Assembly (NCBI GenBank): GCA_947626145.1
Contig: CANQRB010000004.1
Span: forward strand, 29,250-93,249
Direction of reading: 5' to 3'
Length of the DNA: 64,000 nucleotides
From: an uncultured Clostridia bacterium
GTDB lineage: Bacteria; Bacillota; Clostridia; UMGS1883
This document shows positions 28,238-36,331 of the stretch, one piece after another. The first letter of the stretch is position 1. Each line of letters begins with the position of its first letter. Below the pieces are notes generated by a model. The model was not told the DNA's origin, searched no databases, and saw only the letters and a list, made by a program, of their open reading frames with translations. The position numbers and the translations under genes are program-made.

Positions 28238-28648
28238 TCATGTTTTGCGGGTTATTTTGCCTTTACATACCGGACAAGTGATTTCAATTTGCCCTTTTCC
28301 TTTCGGAACTCGTAGCCAACTTTTGCAGTTCGGACATTTATAATACCGATGCGTCTTTCGATCTCGCCACATATTTTTCCGACGTTTGAAACTCTGCTTC
28401 ACTTTGTCTGTATATTTCAAGAAAGTTTCCCGCTCCTTCTGTCGTTTTTCAAGATTGCGGGAAAAGCTGCGAAACATCGACCAAATCAACAGAATCATCG
28501 CAATCGGATATAGCAGAGGGACGAGCGGGGAAATGAGTACGAAAACCAGCACCGCAATCAATAGAAATTTGGAAAGCTCGTCATAGCCGTATCTTCCGTA
28601 CATCCATGCCTGCATTTTTTCTCCGAGCCTTTGCAACCATCGTTTCAT
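28238..28648 (-). CDS. Small membrane protein with a C-terminal zinc ribbon
   Basis: 136 aa; one or two TM helices, then CPNC...CPVC near the C-terminus. First gene after promoter module copy 3. Confidence 0.65.
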   Translation of the reverse strand: MKRWLQRLGEKMQAWMYGRYGYDELSKFLLIAVLVFVLISPLVPLLYPIAMILLIWSMFRSFSRNLEKRQKERETFLKYTDKVKQSFKRRKNMWRDRKTHRYYKCPNCKSWLRVPKGKGQIEITCPVCKGKITRKT

Positions 28649-28688
28649 TTTCCGTTTCTCCTTTATCGGCTTACTCTTTTTACACCAA

Positions 28689-28722
28689 ATTTTACAGCAA
28701 GAATCTAAACTGAAACGAAACT
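28689..28722 (-). promoter_or_regulatory. Conserved promoter module, copy 3 (upstream of the zinc-ribbon/DUF/J-domain/Hsp70 operon)
   Basis: Minus-sense GTTTCGTTTCAGTTTAGATTCTTGCTGTAAAATTT. The -10 TAAAAT is ~40 nt from the ATG. Confidence 0.55.
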
Positions 28723-28928
28723 AAGGAAGAGCTTTCTTCCAGACTATTTTTTCGGTAAGTTCAGTTCTGATAGATTTACTGAATAGCCGCAGAAGTCATA
28801 GACCTACATAAAAAAGAACCTCCACAACGAAGGCTCTCACGGTAAATCTCATATTGGAAGCGGCAGTATGCCTCACAGCACACTGCCACTTTACGCTTCT
28901 CATGCTTAATTAAATGTCCCGCACTATT

Positions 28929-29714
28929 TTATCCAATGCCTCTGAAAGCATTAACGGAAAGAATCGCCACGCCTAAAACCGTCAGCACCACACCAACAGC
29001 CCTGTTGAGCGTTTTGGCGCTGGCCTTGTTTGCGAACAATGCGGCGATCCTTGCCCACAACAGAGTAAACGCCACGCAGAGAGCGAGACACCATAGGTCG
29101 GGCATATCGCCAATGGCAAAATGACTGACGGCGCCGGTCAGCGCGGTAAAGGTCATAATAAAGACACTGGTACCCACAGCGGTTTTTAATTCATATCCCA
29201 AAATGCTGGTCAACAGAAGCAGCATCATCATTCCACCGCCTGCGCCCACAAAACCACAAATGAAGCCGACGACCATTCCGCAGACAATCGACTGAATCGT
29301 CCGCTTTTTTGCGCTTACGACAGCCATCGCCTCCTTTGTGGTCATGACAGGTTTTACAATAAATTTGATGCCCAAAAGCATCGTCATGAAGACGGAGAAG
29401 CTGCCCATAGTGGCGTTGGAGACCAGACTGGCTACCCAACTGCCTACTAAGGTGAAAAGCAAGACGGCCACCATCATAACAAGCCCGTTGCGAATGTCGA
29501 TGTTTTTGTTTTTTCCATAGGTATAGGCGCTGACCGCACTTGCCAGCACGTCACTTGCCAGAGCGATGCCTACCGCTTCATAAGCCGGCATACCCATAAA
29601 TGTGATCAGCATTGGGCTGATGACTGCGGCGGCGCTCATTCCGGCAAAACCGGTTCCCAAACCCGCTCCGATACCTGCTATAAAACAAACTAAAACTTTT
29701 ACCCACAGATTCAT
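28929..29714 (-). CDS. TauE/SafE-family (sulfite exporter-like) membrane protein
   Basis: Start at MNLWVKVLVCFIAGIGAGLGTGFAGMSAAAV with GGAGAAAAA RBS. Two repeated 4-TM halves with G-rich motifs, typical of TauE. The track's 5' extension is rejected. Confidence 0.75.
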   Translation of the reverse strand: MNLWVKVLVCFIAGIGAGLGTGFAGMSAAAVISPMLITFMGMPAYEAVGIALASDVLASAVSAYTYGKNKNIDIRNGLVMMVAVLLFTLVGSWVASLVSNATMGSFSVFMTMLLGIKFIVKPVMTTKEAMAVVSAKKRTIQSIVCGMVVGFICGFVGAGGGMMMLLLLTSILGYELKTAVGTSVFIMTFTALTGAVSHFAIGDMPDLWCLALCVAFTLLWARIAALFANKASAKTLNRAVGVVLTVLGVAILSVNAFRGIG

Positions 29715-29845
29715 TTTGCGTTTTTCTCCATATATTTTTTTATATTCTTTTCCACCCGCGTTATGTAGGACTGAAACTGCCGCTGACCTCTTTGTCAAGA
29801 TCGTCTGCGATGATATCCGCAAAATCGAAGCACTCTGATAAAAAA

Positions 29846-30940
29846 TCAGTTTTTCTGGCTTTCTTCTTCTGCATTTAGCTTTGATTTCGGCAATGTAACC
29901 GTAAACATGGTAAGATTGTTTTCGCTTTGAACCGAAACCGTTCCGTTGTGCAATTCCACCACTTTTTTGACAATTGCAAGCCCGATTCCGTTTCCCTCAC
30001 CGGAGTGTGAACTGTCAGCCTGATAAAATTTCTGAAAGATTCGTGATATACTTTCCGCAGGAATTTCCTCTCCCGAATTGATGATATCCACGGACAGGGA
30101 AGACGGTTGATTTTTAATATTGACTTCAATGACTCCTCCAGCGGGAGAAAATTTGATCGCGTTATCCAGCAGATTGATCCACACCTGTTTCAAAAGCTCC
30201 TCATTGGCAGAAATCCTGTATTCACCGAAATCCACTTTAAAGTCCAGTTGCTTTTTTTCCCACTTGTCGGCAAGCAACAGGATGGAAGACCGGATTTGTT
30301 CTGAAAGGTTAAACTTTACAACATCCGTTAAAATCGTTTGATTTTCTACCCGCGTCAGATTCAACACGTTTGTCGCCATATCAGAAAGCCGCAGAGATTC
30401 TTCTTCGATAACCGCCAAATATTCCCCTTTTTGTTCTTCTGTCAGGTTGCCTCGGCGAAGCAGCTTTGCAAAGCCGGCAATAGATACGATGGGCGTTTTG
30501 AATTCATGCGAAAAATTATTTACAAAATCCCCACGAAGCATCTCTGTATTTTTGAGTTCAGAAGCCATTCGATTGAAGCTGTGCGAAAGCTGCGAAAAAG
30601 TAGGATGTTTGGATATGGGCCATCCGAAATCCAATCGGGCACTGAAATCACCGGATGCCAGCCGATCGATTTGATAAATTACATTCCGCAGGGGGCGGGC
30701 GGATATTTTACTGGATAAATAGGCAACAATGACACCGACAATATTACTGATGACGATCATGTAGAGGATGATAATACCGATGTTTGATCGGATATCGGTA
30801 TCAAGCGTGACAACTTGAAAATGTACCAGCATATAAATAATAGAAGCGGTTATTGAAGTAATAATAAATTGAATGAAAAAAATAAGTGTCGATATTAAAA
30901 ACGTGAGCGCAAAATAATGTTTTCGATTTTGTTTGTTCAT
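29846..30940 (-). CDS. Sensor histidine kinase (two N-terminal TM helices, HisKA, HATPase_c)
   Basis: H-box FSHEFKTPIVSIAGF, N-box LLDNAIKFSPAGG, G-boxes GEGNGIGLAIVKK. Overlaps the regulator gene stop. Confidence 0.9.
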   Translation of the reverse strand: MNKQNRKHYFALTFLISTLIFFIQFIITSITASIIYMLVHFQVVTLDTDIRSNIGIIILYMIVISNIVGVIVAYLSSKISARPLRNVIYQIDRLASGDFSARLDFGWPISKHPTFSQLSHSFNRMASELKNTEMLRGDFVNNFSHEFKTPIVSIAGFAKLLRRGNLTEEQKGEYLAVIEEESLRLSDMATNVLNLTRVENQTILTDVVKFNLSEQIRSSILLLADKWEKKQLDFKVDFGEYRISANEELLKQVWINLLDNAIKFSPAGGVIEVNIKNQPSSLSVDIINSGEEIPAESISRIFQKFYQADSSHSGEGNGIGLAIVKKVVELHNGTVSVQSENNLTMFTVTLPKSKLNAEEESQKN

Positions 30941-31611
30941 ACTTTTTTCACCGCCTTATATCCGAGCCCGCGCACGGATTCGATATCAAATTCTTCCCAA
31001 CCCTCGAACCGTTTGCGGAGCCTGCCGATGTGAACCGTCACAGTTTCCCACCCGGTATCGCTCTCAGCGCCCCAGATTTCATCCATCAGTTGAATCCGTG
31101 TAAAAATCTTTCCGGGGTATGACAGCAATTTATAAAGTAACAAAAATTCCTTTTGCGGGAGTTCTTGTGTCTCGCCGTTTTTGGTCACGGTAAAGGAATC
31201 GTAATCCAAAATTACATTTCCAATCGTCATTTTACGTTCGTTGGCAATTTGAGCGCGGCGTAGAAGTGCTTTGATTCGCCAGAGCATTTCTTCCTCATCA
31301 ATCGGTTTTGTCATGTAGTCGTCAATCCCTAATGAAAAACCTTTATGTTTATCTTCGGGGAGCTGTTTTGCCGAAACCATAAGAATGGGAAGATTGTTCT
31401 TGCTTTCGCGGAGGATTTTTGTAAATTCATATCCGTCCATTTTCGGCATCATTATGTCGAGAATCACAAGGTCAATATACTCTTTATCCATTACATCGAG
31501 GGCGTCTTCACCGTTTTCCGCAGTAAATACAGAATAGTGCTCCGTTTCAAGCACGGCTTTGAGCAGCCGGCGTGTATTTTTATCGTCGTCTACAACAAGA
31601 ATTTGGAACAT
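30937..31611 (-). CDS. OmpR-family response regulator
   Basis: Receiver domain VVDDDKN...DLVILDIMMPKMDG plus a winged-helix C-terminus (GYEFTK...RGLGYKAV). Confidence 0.9.
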   Translation of the reverse strand: MFQILVVDDDKNTRRLLKAVLETEHYSVFTAENGEDALDVMDKEYIDLVILDIMMPKMDGYEFTKILRESKNNLPILMVSAKQLPEDKHKGFSLGIDDYMTKPIDEEEMLWRIKALLRRAQIANERKMTIGNVILDYDSFTVTKNGETQELPQKEFLLLYKLLSYPGKIFTRIQLMDEIWGAESDTGWETVTVHIGRLRKRFEGWEEFDIESVRGLGYKAVKKV

Positions 31612-31642
31612 TGTTTACACCTCCTAATAATCAATATAAGAT

Positions 31643-31675
31643 AAGATAACATACAAATCTAAACTGAAAAGAAAG
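31643..31675 (-). promoter_or_regulatory. Conserved promoter module, copy 4 (upstream of the response-regulator/kinase/TauE operon)
   Basis: Minus-sense CTTTCTTTTCAGTTTAGATTTGTATGTTATCTTAT. The -10 TATCTT with TGT is ~30 nt from the ATG. Confidence 0.55.
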
Positions 31676-32096
31676 TGTGCGAGTTTAATCCCCAAAATTT
31701 ATTATTTCGTTCAGCAGGCTTTTTCGCGTCTTTGAGCAACAGCCACATCTTTCCCATTTTATCGACTCCTGCAATACGTCCGGCAAAACAGTAATAATTT
31801 AATCATGCGGGGAGAGATACCCCATTTTTCGCTGCCTATTTGAACGTCATGTAATTAAAATATCGCACCTCCACATATAAAATTATATTTCGTTATCTTG
31901 AAGAAAGCAAGTGCATTTGATGAACATTAGATGAATTATTTACCCTCGCTACTGAAACTGTAAAGACATATCCAAATAAAGAAAGGGACTGTAAAATGGA
32001 TCAATTTCAATAAAGCGGACAGAAAAACATAAGATGGCAGGAAATTATGTAAAATATTCAATATCCATATTTCTCATAAAGTATATCACATAAAAA

Positions 32097-32318
32097 TCAT
32101 AAAAGATATTTGTCTTGATTTTCGATTACATATTGAAGCCATTCCTCTGGAGTAGGAATGTCGTTTGAAGATGGTATTTTTTTCCACTGTGCTCTAATTT
32201 CAGGATTTGAACTGGTCATTCCAAATTTTATTCGCTCTGAAATTATAACTTTAATTTCGTCAACCGTCATATTCCTTTTCTCAGCTATTTCGGCTAATGT
32301 TATTTTTATCTGTTTCAT
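32097..32318 (-). CDS. Small hypothetical protein (73 aa), divergent from the XRE regulator
   Basis: AGGAGG RBS 6 nt upstream. MKQIKITLAEIAEKRNMTVDEIKVIISERIKFG. Confidence 0.55.
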   Translation of the reverse strand: MKQIKITLAEIAEKRNMTVDEIKVIISERIKFGMTSSNPEIRAQWKKIPSSNDIPTPEEWLQYVIENQDKYLL

Positions 32319-32472
32319 GGACCGCCTCCTATTAATTTATTGTTTGTATTATTCCATAATATAACCGTATGCCCTTTGCGGGGCGTATATAATCTACTGA
32401 TTATGACTATTATATCACATTTTTGTGATTTAGAATAGTATTAATAGAAATTATTTTTAGAAGGTTATCTTT

Positions 32473-32787
32473 ATGGATGTACAAAAGCGCATCAGGTAGT
32501 TGATGGCGGAAAGAGGCTGGTCAGACTATAGGCTTGCAAAGGAGTCCAACCTCTCTCACTCAACTATAACGAATATATTCAACAGAAATAACGCCCCAAC
32601 GCTGCCAACATTGGAGTCCGTATGTTCCGCTTTGGGGGTAACCATGTCACAGTTTTTCACTGAAGGCGACGAACCCGTTGTGTTGAGCAGCGAACAAAAA
32701 ATAATACTTGATAGGTTCAACACGTTATCACCGACTCAGAGAAAAGTCATTATTGAACTGCCTGGCAATATGAACAAAGGCACATGA
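32473..32787 (+). CDS. XRE-family HTH transcriptional regulator interrupted by an in-frame TAG at codon 9 (alternative start TTG/ATG at 32500/32503)
   Basis: MDVQKRIR-TAG-LMAERGWSDYRLAKESNLSHSTITNIFNRNNAPTLPTLESVCSALGVTMSQFF is a canonical HTH_3. The TAG at 32497-32499 would be CAG in an intact IRQLMAERG helix 1. Confidence 0.6.
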
Positions 32788-32837
32788 TGTCATAACAAGA
32801 CAGAGACCGGTCGATGAGCTTTTTTCGACATTGCTAA

Positions 32838-32871
32838 AAAACCTGCATACATTTCTGTGTGCAGGTTTTTC
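32838..32871 (+). terminator. Rho-independent terminator after the XRE gene
   Basis: aaaaacctgcatac-atttctgt-gtgcaggttttt. Confidence 0.6.
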
Positions 32872-32879
32872 AAATATAA

Positions 32880-32995
32880 AAATCTAACGATTACTCAATA
32901 ATCCAACGATTACCCCAAAAAACTAACGATTTCCCATAAAACCAACGATTTCCCATAAATCCAACGATTTCCCATAAATCCAACGATTACACGGC
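32880..32995. repeat. Iteron-like tandem array: six copies of a 19-20-bp unit (consensus tCCAACGATTtcCCATAAA)
   Basis: AACGATT cores at 32886, 32905, 32925, 32944, 32963 and 32982. The last three units are near-identical. There are no spacers, so it is not a CRISPR array. It lies between the XRE terminator and tRNA-Ser. Confidence 0.7.
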
Positions 32996-33153
32996 GGCGA
33001 GTTAGGATGGATAATTTCCGAAAAGCAAAAACTGCATTTATTGCCTCCGTAAGGTGCGGAAAAATTATGCCGACCATACAAAAAAGCCGATAATATCGGC
33101 TTTTTTGCACAAAGAAAGAACCTTGACTTTGTATCAAAATCAAGGTTCTTATT

Positions 33154-33244
33154 TGGCGGAGAGAAAGGGATTCGAACCCTTGATCGGGGTTAACCGATAC
33201 ACGATTTCCAGTCGTGCGCCTTAGACCAGCTCAGCCATCTCTCC
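33154..33244 (-). tRNA. tRNA-Ser (anticodon GGA)
   Basis: Minus-strand GGAGAGATGGCTGAGCTGGTCTAAGGCGCACGACTGGAAATCGTG...long variable arm...GGGTTCGAATCCCTTTCTCTCCGCCA. 7-bp acceptor stem, CTGGAAA anticodon loop, class II variable arm, encoded CCA. Confidence 0.85.
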
Positions 33245-33368
33245 GCGCTGACAAACGGTATTATAGCACATATTTTGCCGTTTGTCAAGGACTTTTTTCA
33301 ATTCTTATATCAAAAATTTATATCTTATATCAAAAATTTAAACAAAATTTAGAAAAGAATTAGGAAAA

Positions 33369-34067
33369 TCATTTACAGGCCTCAACGAAGCTGAGAAGGA
33401 TCTTAAACTGATCCTCATCACCGCGCCAGGAAAATTCCGGGTGCCACTGTACCGCCTGAACAAAGCGTTTCTCCGGACAGTATACGGCTTCGATCAGGCC
33501 GTCGGGAGCGGCGGCCATCGCCTTCAGCCCCGGCGCAAGAGCCTTTATGCCCTGATGATGATAGCTGTTCACACTCAGGATATCCTTCTGCAAAAGATGC
33601 CGCAGCGGTGAACCGGGCACGAGACAGACCTCGTGCCAGCCGCGGTCATAGGGCGGCACCATTTTATGACAGACGGCATCCTCCTTTTGAGACGGGATAT
33701 CCTGATACAGCGTACCGCCCAAGACCGCGTTGATAAACTGTATTCCACGGCATATGCCGAAAACAGGCCTGTCCAGCTCAAAGGCCTGACGGAACAGCTC
33801 CGTTTCCAACCGGTCACGGGGCGGATAGGGAGCGCCGCAGGAGCGCAGCCTTTTCTCACCGTAAAGCGCCGGATCCACGTCCTGACCTCCGGTAAACAGG
33901 AAGCCGGAGCACAGCTCCGCCATCTCCCCCACGCTGTCGGGGTCAAAGGGCAGGATCACGGGCAGCGCTCCGCAGGCCGTCAAGGCGTCCACATACCCCG
34001 GCAGCATCCAGATACTGTCTTTTTCCGTATCAAAAAGGGGCACAACGCCGATAACAGGTTTTTTCAC
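33369..34067 (-). CDS. Class I glutamine amidotransferase-like gamma-glutamyl hydrolase (peptidase C26, PuuD-like)
   Basis: Catalytic Cys in CRGIQFINAVLGGTL and the His/Glu pair near the C-terminus (WHPEF). 232 aa. Confidence 0.75.
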   Translation of the reverse strand: MKKPVIGVVPLFDTEKDSIWMLPGYVDALTACGALPVILPFDPDSVGEMAELCSGFLFTGGQDVDPALYGEKRLRSCGAPYPPRDRLETELFRQAFELDRPVFGICRGIQFINAVLGGTLYQDIPSQKEDAVCHKMVPPYDRGWHEVCLVPGSPLRHLLQKDILSVNSYHHQGIKALAPGLKAMAAAPDGLIEAVYCPEKRFVQAVQWHPEFSWRGDEDQFKILLSFVEACK

Positions 34068-34146
34068 ATAAATTACCTCGTTTCGTCGCCGCCCCTTTGC
34101 GGTCGGTATTCAGAAATTTGTATTAAATATCCATAGCGCCGGCAGG

Positions 34147-35244
34147 TCAGCCCAGCTTCTTATAGTTGCCCAGGAACCGATAGCTGGGGGCGTAGGCCTT
34201 GAGCTTGTCCAGCGTGGCGCTGACATCCATCTTGCCCACGTTGCCCTCAAGGTCCACAAAGAACAGGTACTCGCCCAGCTTGTCGGGAATGGGGCGGCTC
34301 TCTATCTTAGCCAGATTCAGGCCGGACTCCTTGAAAAAGCCCAGAGCCTCGAAAAGGGCTCCGCTGACGTGCGGCGTGGAAAACATGATGGAAATTTTGT
34401 TGTTTTGCTCATCTGTGATTGGATTTTTACTTATTATGATGAAGCGGGTGCGGTTGTTGTCGGCAAAATTGATATTTGTCTGAAGTATCTTCAGGCCGTA
34501 TATCTCGGCGGCCCGGGCGGAGCATATCGCCGCCTTGGAGGGGTCGTTCATCTCGGCCACCATGTTGGCGGCCACGGCGGTGTTCACCACCTTGGTCTGT
34601 ATCCACTCCTTGTCGGAGAGGTATTCCTTGCTCTGATAAAAGCCCTGCTCGTGGGAGTAAACCTGCTCAATGCCGTCTATTTCCGCGTCCTGAGTGCCCG
34701 CCAGACAGTGGCGCACCTCCACGTAGGTCTCGCCGGCGATATAGACCTCGTACTTTTTCAGCAGGTCAAAGACCTCCATAATGGAGCCGGTGGAGTAATT
34801 TTCCACCGGAAGCACGCCGTAGTCGGCCCGGCCGCTCTCCACCTCGCGGAACACATCTTCAAATGTAAGGACGTTGTAAATGCTGTCGCCGAACACCGCC
34901 GCCGCAGCCTCGCTGCCATAGCTGCCGTTAAGGCCCTGATAAGCCGCCGTGCCGCTGAGACGGCCCTTTTCGTAGGTGCGCATTATGCTCCGCTGGAGCT
35001 TGCGGCTCTGGGATAATATGCACTTGAATATTTCCTCAATGTGCCTGTGGTAAGCGGGGTTTTCGGCACGGGAAACACGGTCGGCCAGGATGAGCCGCTC
35101 CCGCTCGGGGTCAAGGATTTTCATGCCGTTGAGCATTTTAATGTTGCCGACCTCCTCGCTGGCGGCCATACGCTTCTCAAAAAGAGCCACCAGCTGGGTG
35201 TCCACCTCGTCGATTATTTTGCGCTGTTGTTCCAGTTCAGTCAT
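34147..35244 (-). CDS. pheA: Bifunctional chorismate mutase / prephenate dehydratase
   Basis: N-terminal chorismate mutase helix bundle (RKIIDEVDTQLVALFEKRMAASEEVGNIK). PDT domain (AYQGLNGSYGSEAA...TRF) and a C-terminal ACT domain. Confidence 0.85.
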   Translation of the reverse strand: MTELEQQRKIIDEVDTQLVALFEKRMAASEEVGNIKMLNGMKILDPERERLILADRVSRAENPAYHRHIEEIFKCILSQSRKLQRSIMRTYEKGRLSGTAAYQGLNGSYGSEAAAAVFGDSIYNVLTFEDVFREVESGRADYGVLPVENYSTGSIMEVFDLLKKYEVYIAGETYVEVRHCLAGTQDAEIDGIEQVYSHEQGFYQSKEYLSDKEWIQTKVVNTAVAANMVAEMNDPSKAAICSARAAEIYGLKILQTNINFADNNRTRFIIISKNPITDEQNNKISIMFSTPHVSGALFEALGFFKESGLNLAKIESRPIPDKLGEYLFFVDLEGNVGKMDVSATLDKLKAYAPSYRFLGNYKKLG

Positions 35245-36331
35245 TTATCTTCTTTCCTCCCAGTAAAAAATCCATGGCGCACAGAGCGGCGCAGCTCTCG
35301 ATGACCGGCACGGCCCGGGGCACGATGCAGGCGTCGTGACGGCCCTTTATCACCAATTCGGTATCTGTGGCGGTTTTAAAATTGACGGTGCTCTGGGGCC
35401 TTGAAATGGACGGAGTGGGCTTGACGGCCACACGGAAAACAACGGGCATGCCGTTGGTTATGCCGCCGTTTATACCGCCGTTATTGTTGGTTTTGGTTCT
35501 CACTCTGCCGCCGTCCATGTAAAACTCATCGTTGGCGGCGCTGCCGGTCATTTTCGTTATGCCGAAGCCCGCGCCGAACTCCACGCCCTTTACCGCCGGA
35601 ACGGCGTACAAAAGCTCCGCGAGGCGGCTTTCAAAGGCGCCGAAGATCGGATCACCCAGACCGGCTGGCAGACCGGCAATACTGCATTCGATCACTCCGC
35701 CAACGCTGTCGAGGCTGTTTTTTGCCTCCATGGCACGGTCGTACATCAGCCTGCCTTTTTCGTCGCTGAAGGTGGGAAAGAGCTTGTCCTTGACGGCCTT
35801 CGCCTGTTCATAGGTCAGGGTTTCGATGTCCGGCCCCTCGTCCTCTATATCCATTATGCTTTTGATGTGTACGGCACAGTAAATGCCCCGCCCCTCCAAA
35901 AAGCCCGTGGCAAGCCCGCCGGCGAACACAATCGGAGCCGTGAGCCGTCCGGAGAAGTGGCCGCCGCCCCGATAATCGTTATTGCCGCCGTAGCGCACAA
36001 AGCCCGAATAGTCGGCGTGACCGGGACGGGCGTTCTCGGCAAGATTGGAATAGTCGGCGCTGTGCTGATCGCTGTTGTATATGACAAAGGCCAGCGGCGT
36101 ACCGGTGGTTTTGCCGTTAAAAACTCCGCTGAGTATCTCGGGCCTGTCCGGCTCCTTCCGGGCGGTGGTGATGGCGCTCATACCGGTGGCGCGGCGGGCC
36201 AGCATACGTTCTATCCCTTCCGTATCCACGGGGATGCCGGCGGGCAGGTCGTCAATGACGCCGCCGATGCCGCGGCTGTGGGACTCGCCGAAAACCGTCA
36301 GCTTAAAGTTCTTTCCCCAATACGAGCTCAT
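35237..36331 (-). CDS. aroC: Chorismate synthase
   Basis: FGESHSRGIGGVIDDLPAGI N-terminal signature and a conserved C-terminal half. Confidence 0.9.
   Translation of the reverse strand: MSSYWGKNFKLTVFGESHSRGIGGVIDDLPAGIPVDTEGIERMLARRATGMSAITTARKEPDRPEILSGVFNGKTTGTPLAFVIYNSDQHSADYSNLAENARPGHADYSGFVRYGGNNDYRGGGHFSGRLTAPIVFAGGLATGFLEGRGIYCAVHIKSIMDIEDEGPDIETLTYEQAKAVKDKLFPTFSDEKGRLMYDRAMEAKNSLDSVGGVIECSIAGLPAGLGDPIFGAFESRLAELLYAVPAVKGVEFGAGFGITKMTGSAANDEFYMDGGRVRTKTNNNGGINGGITNGMPVVFRVAVKPTPSISRPQSTVNFKTATDTELVIKGRHDACIVPRAVPVIESCAALCAMDFLLGGKKIND

Noticed and set aside
28649-28700. SigD/sigma-28-type promoter (TAAA...GCCGATAA) upstream of the zinc-ribbon gene
   Set aside because: GCCGATAA is present, but the spacing to any TAAA is wrong (8 or more than 20 nt). 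The position is better explained by the conserved module plus TAAAAT -10.
32880-32995. Possible CRISPR array
   Set aside because: The repeats are contiguous (19-20-bp period) with no intervening unique spacers, and no cas genes are nearby. It is an iteron-like tandem repeat, not a CRISPR array.
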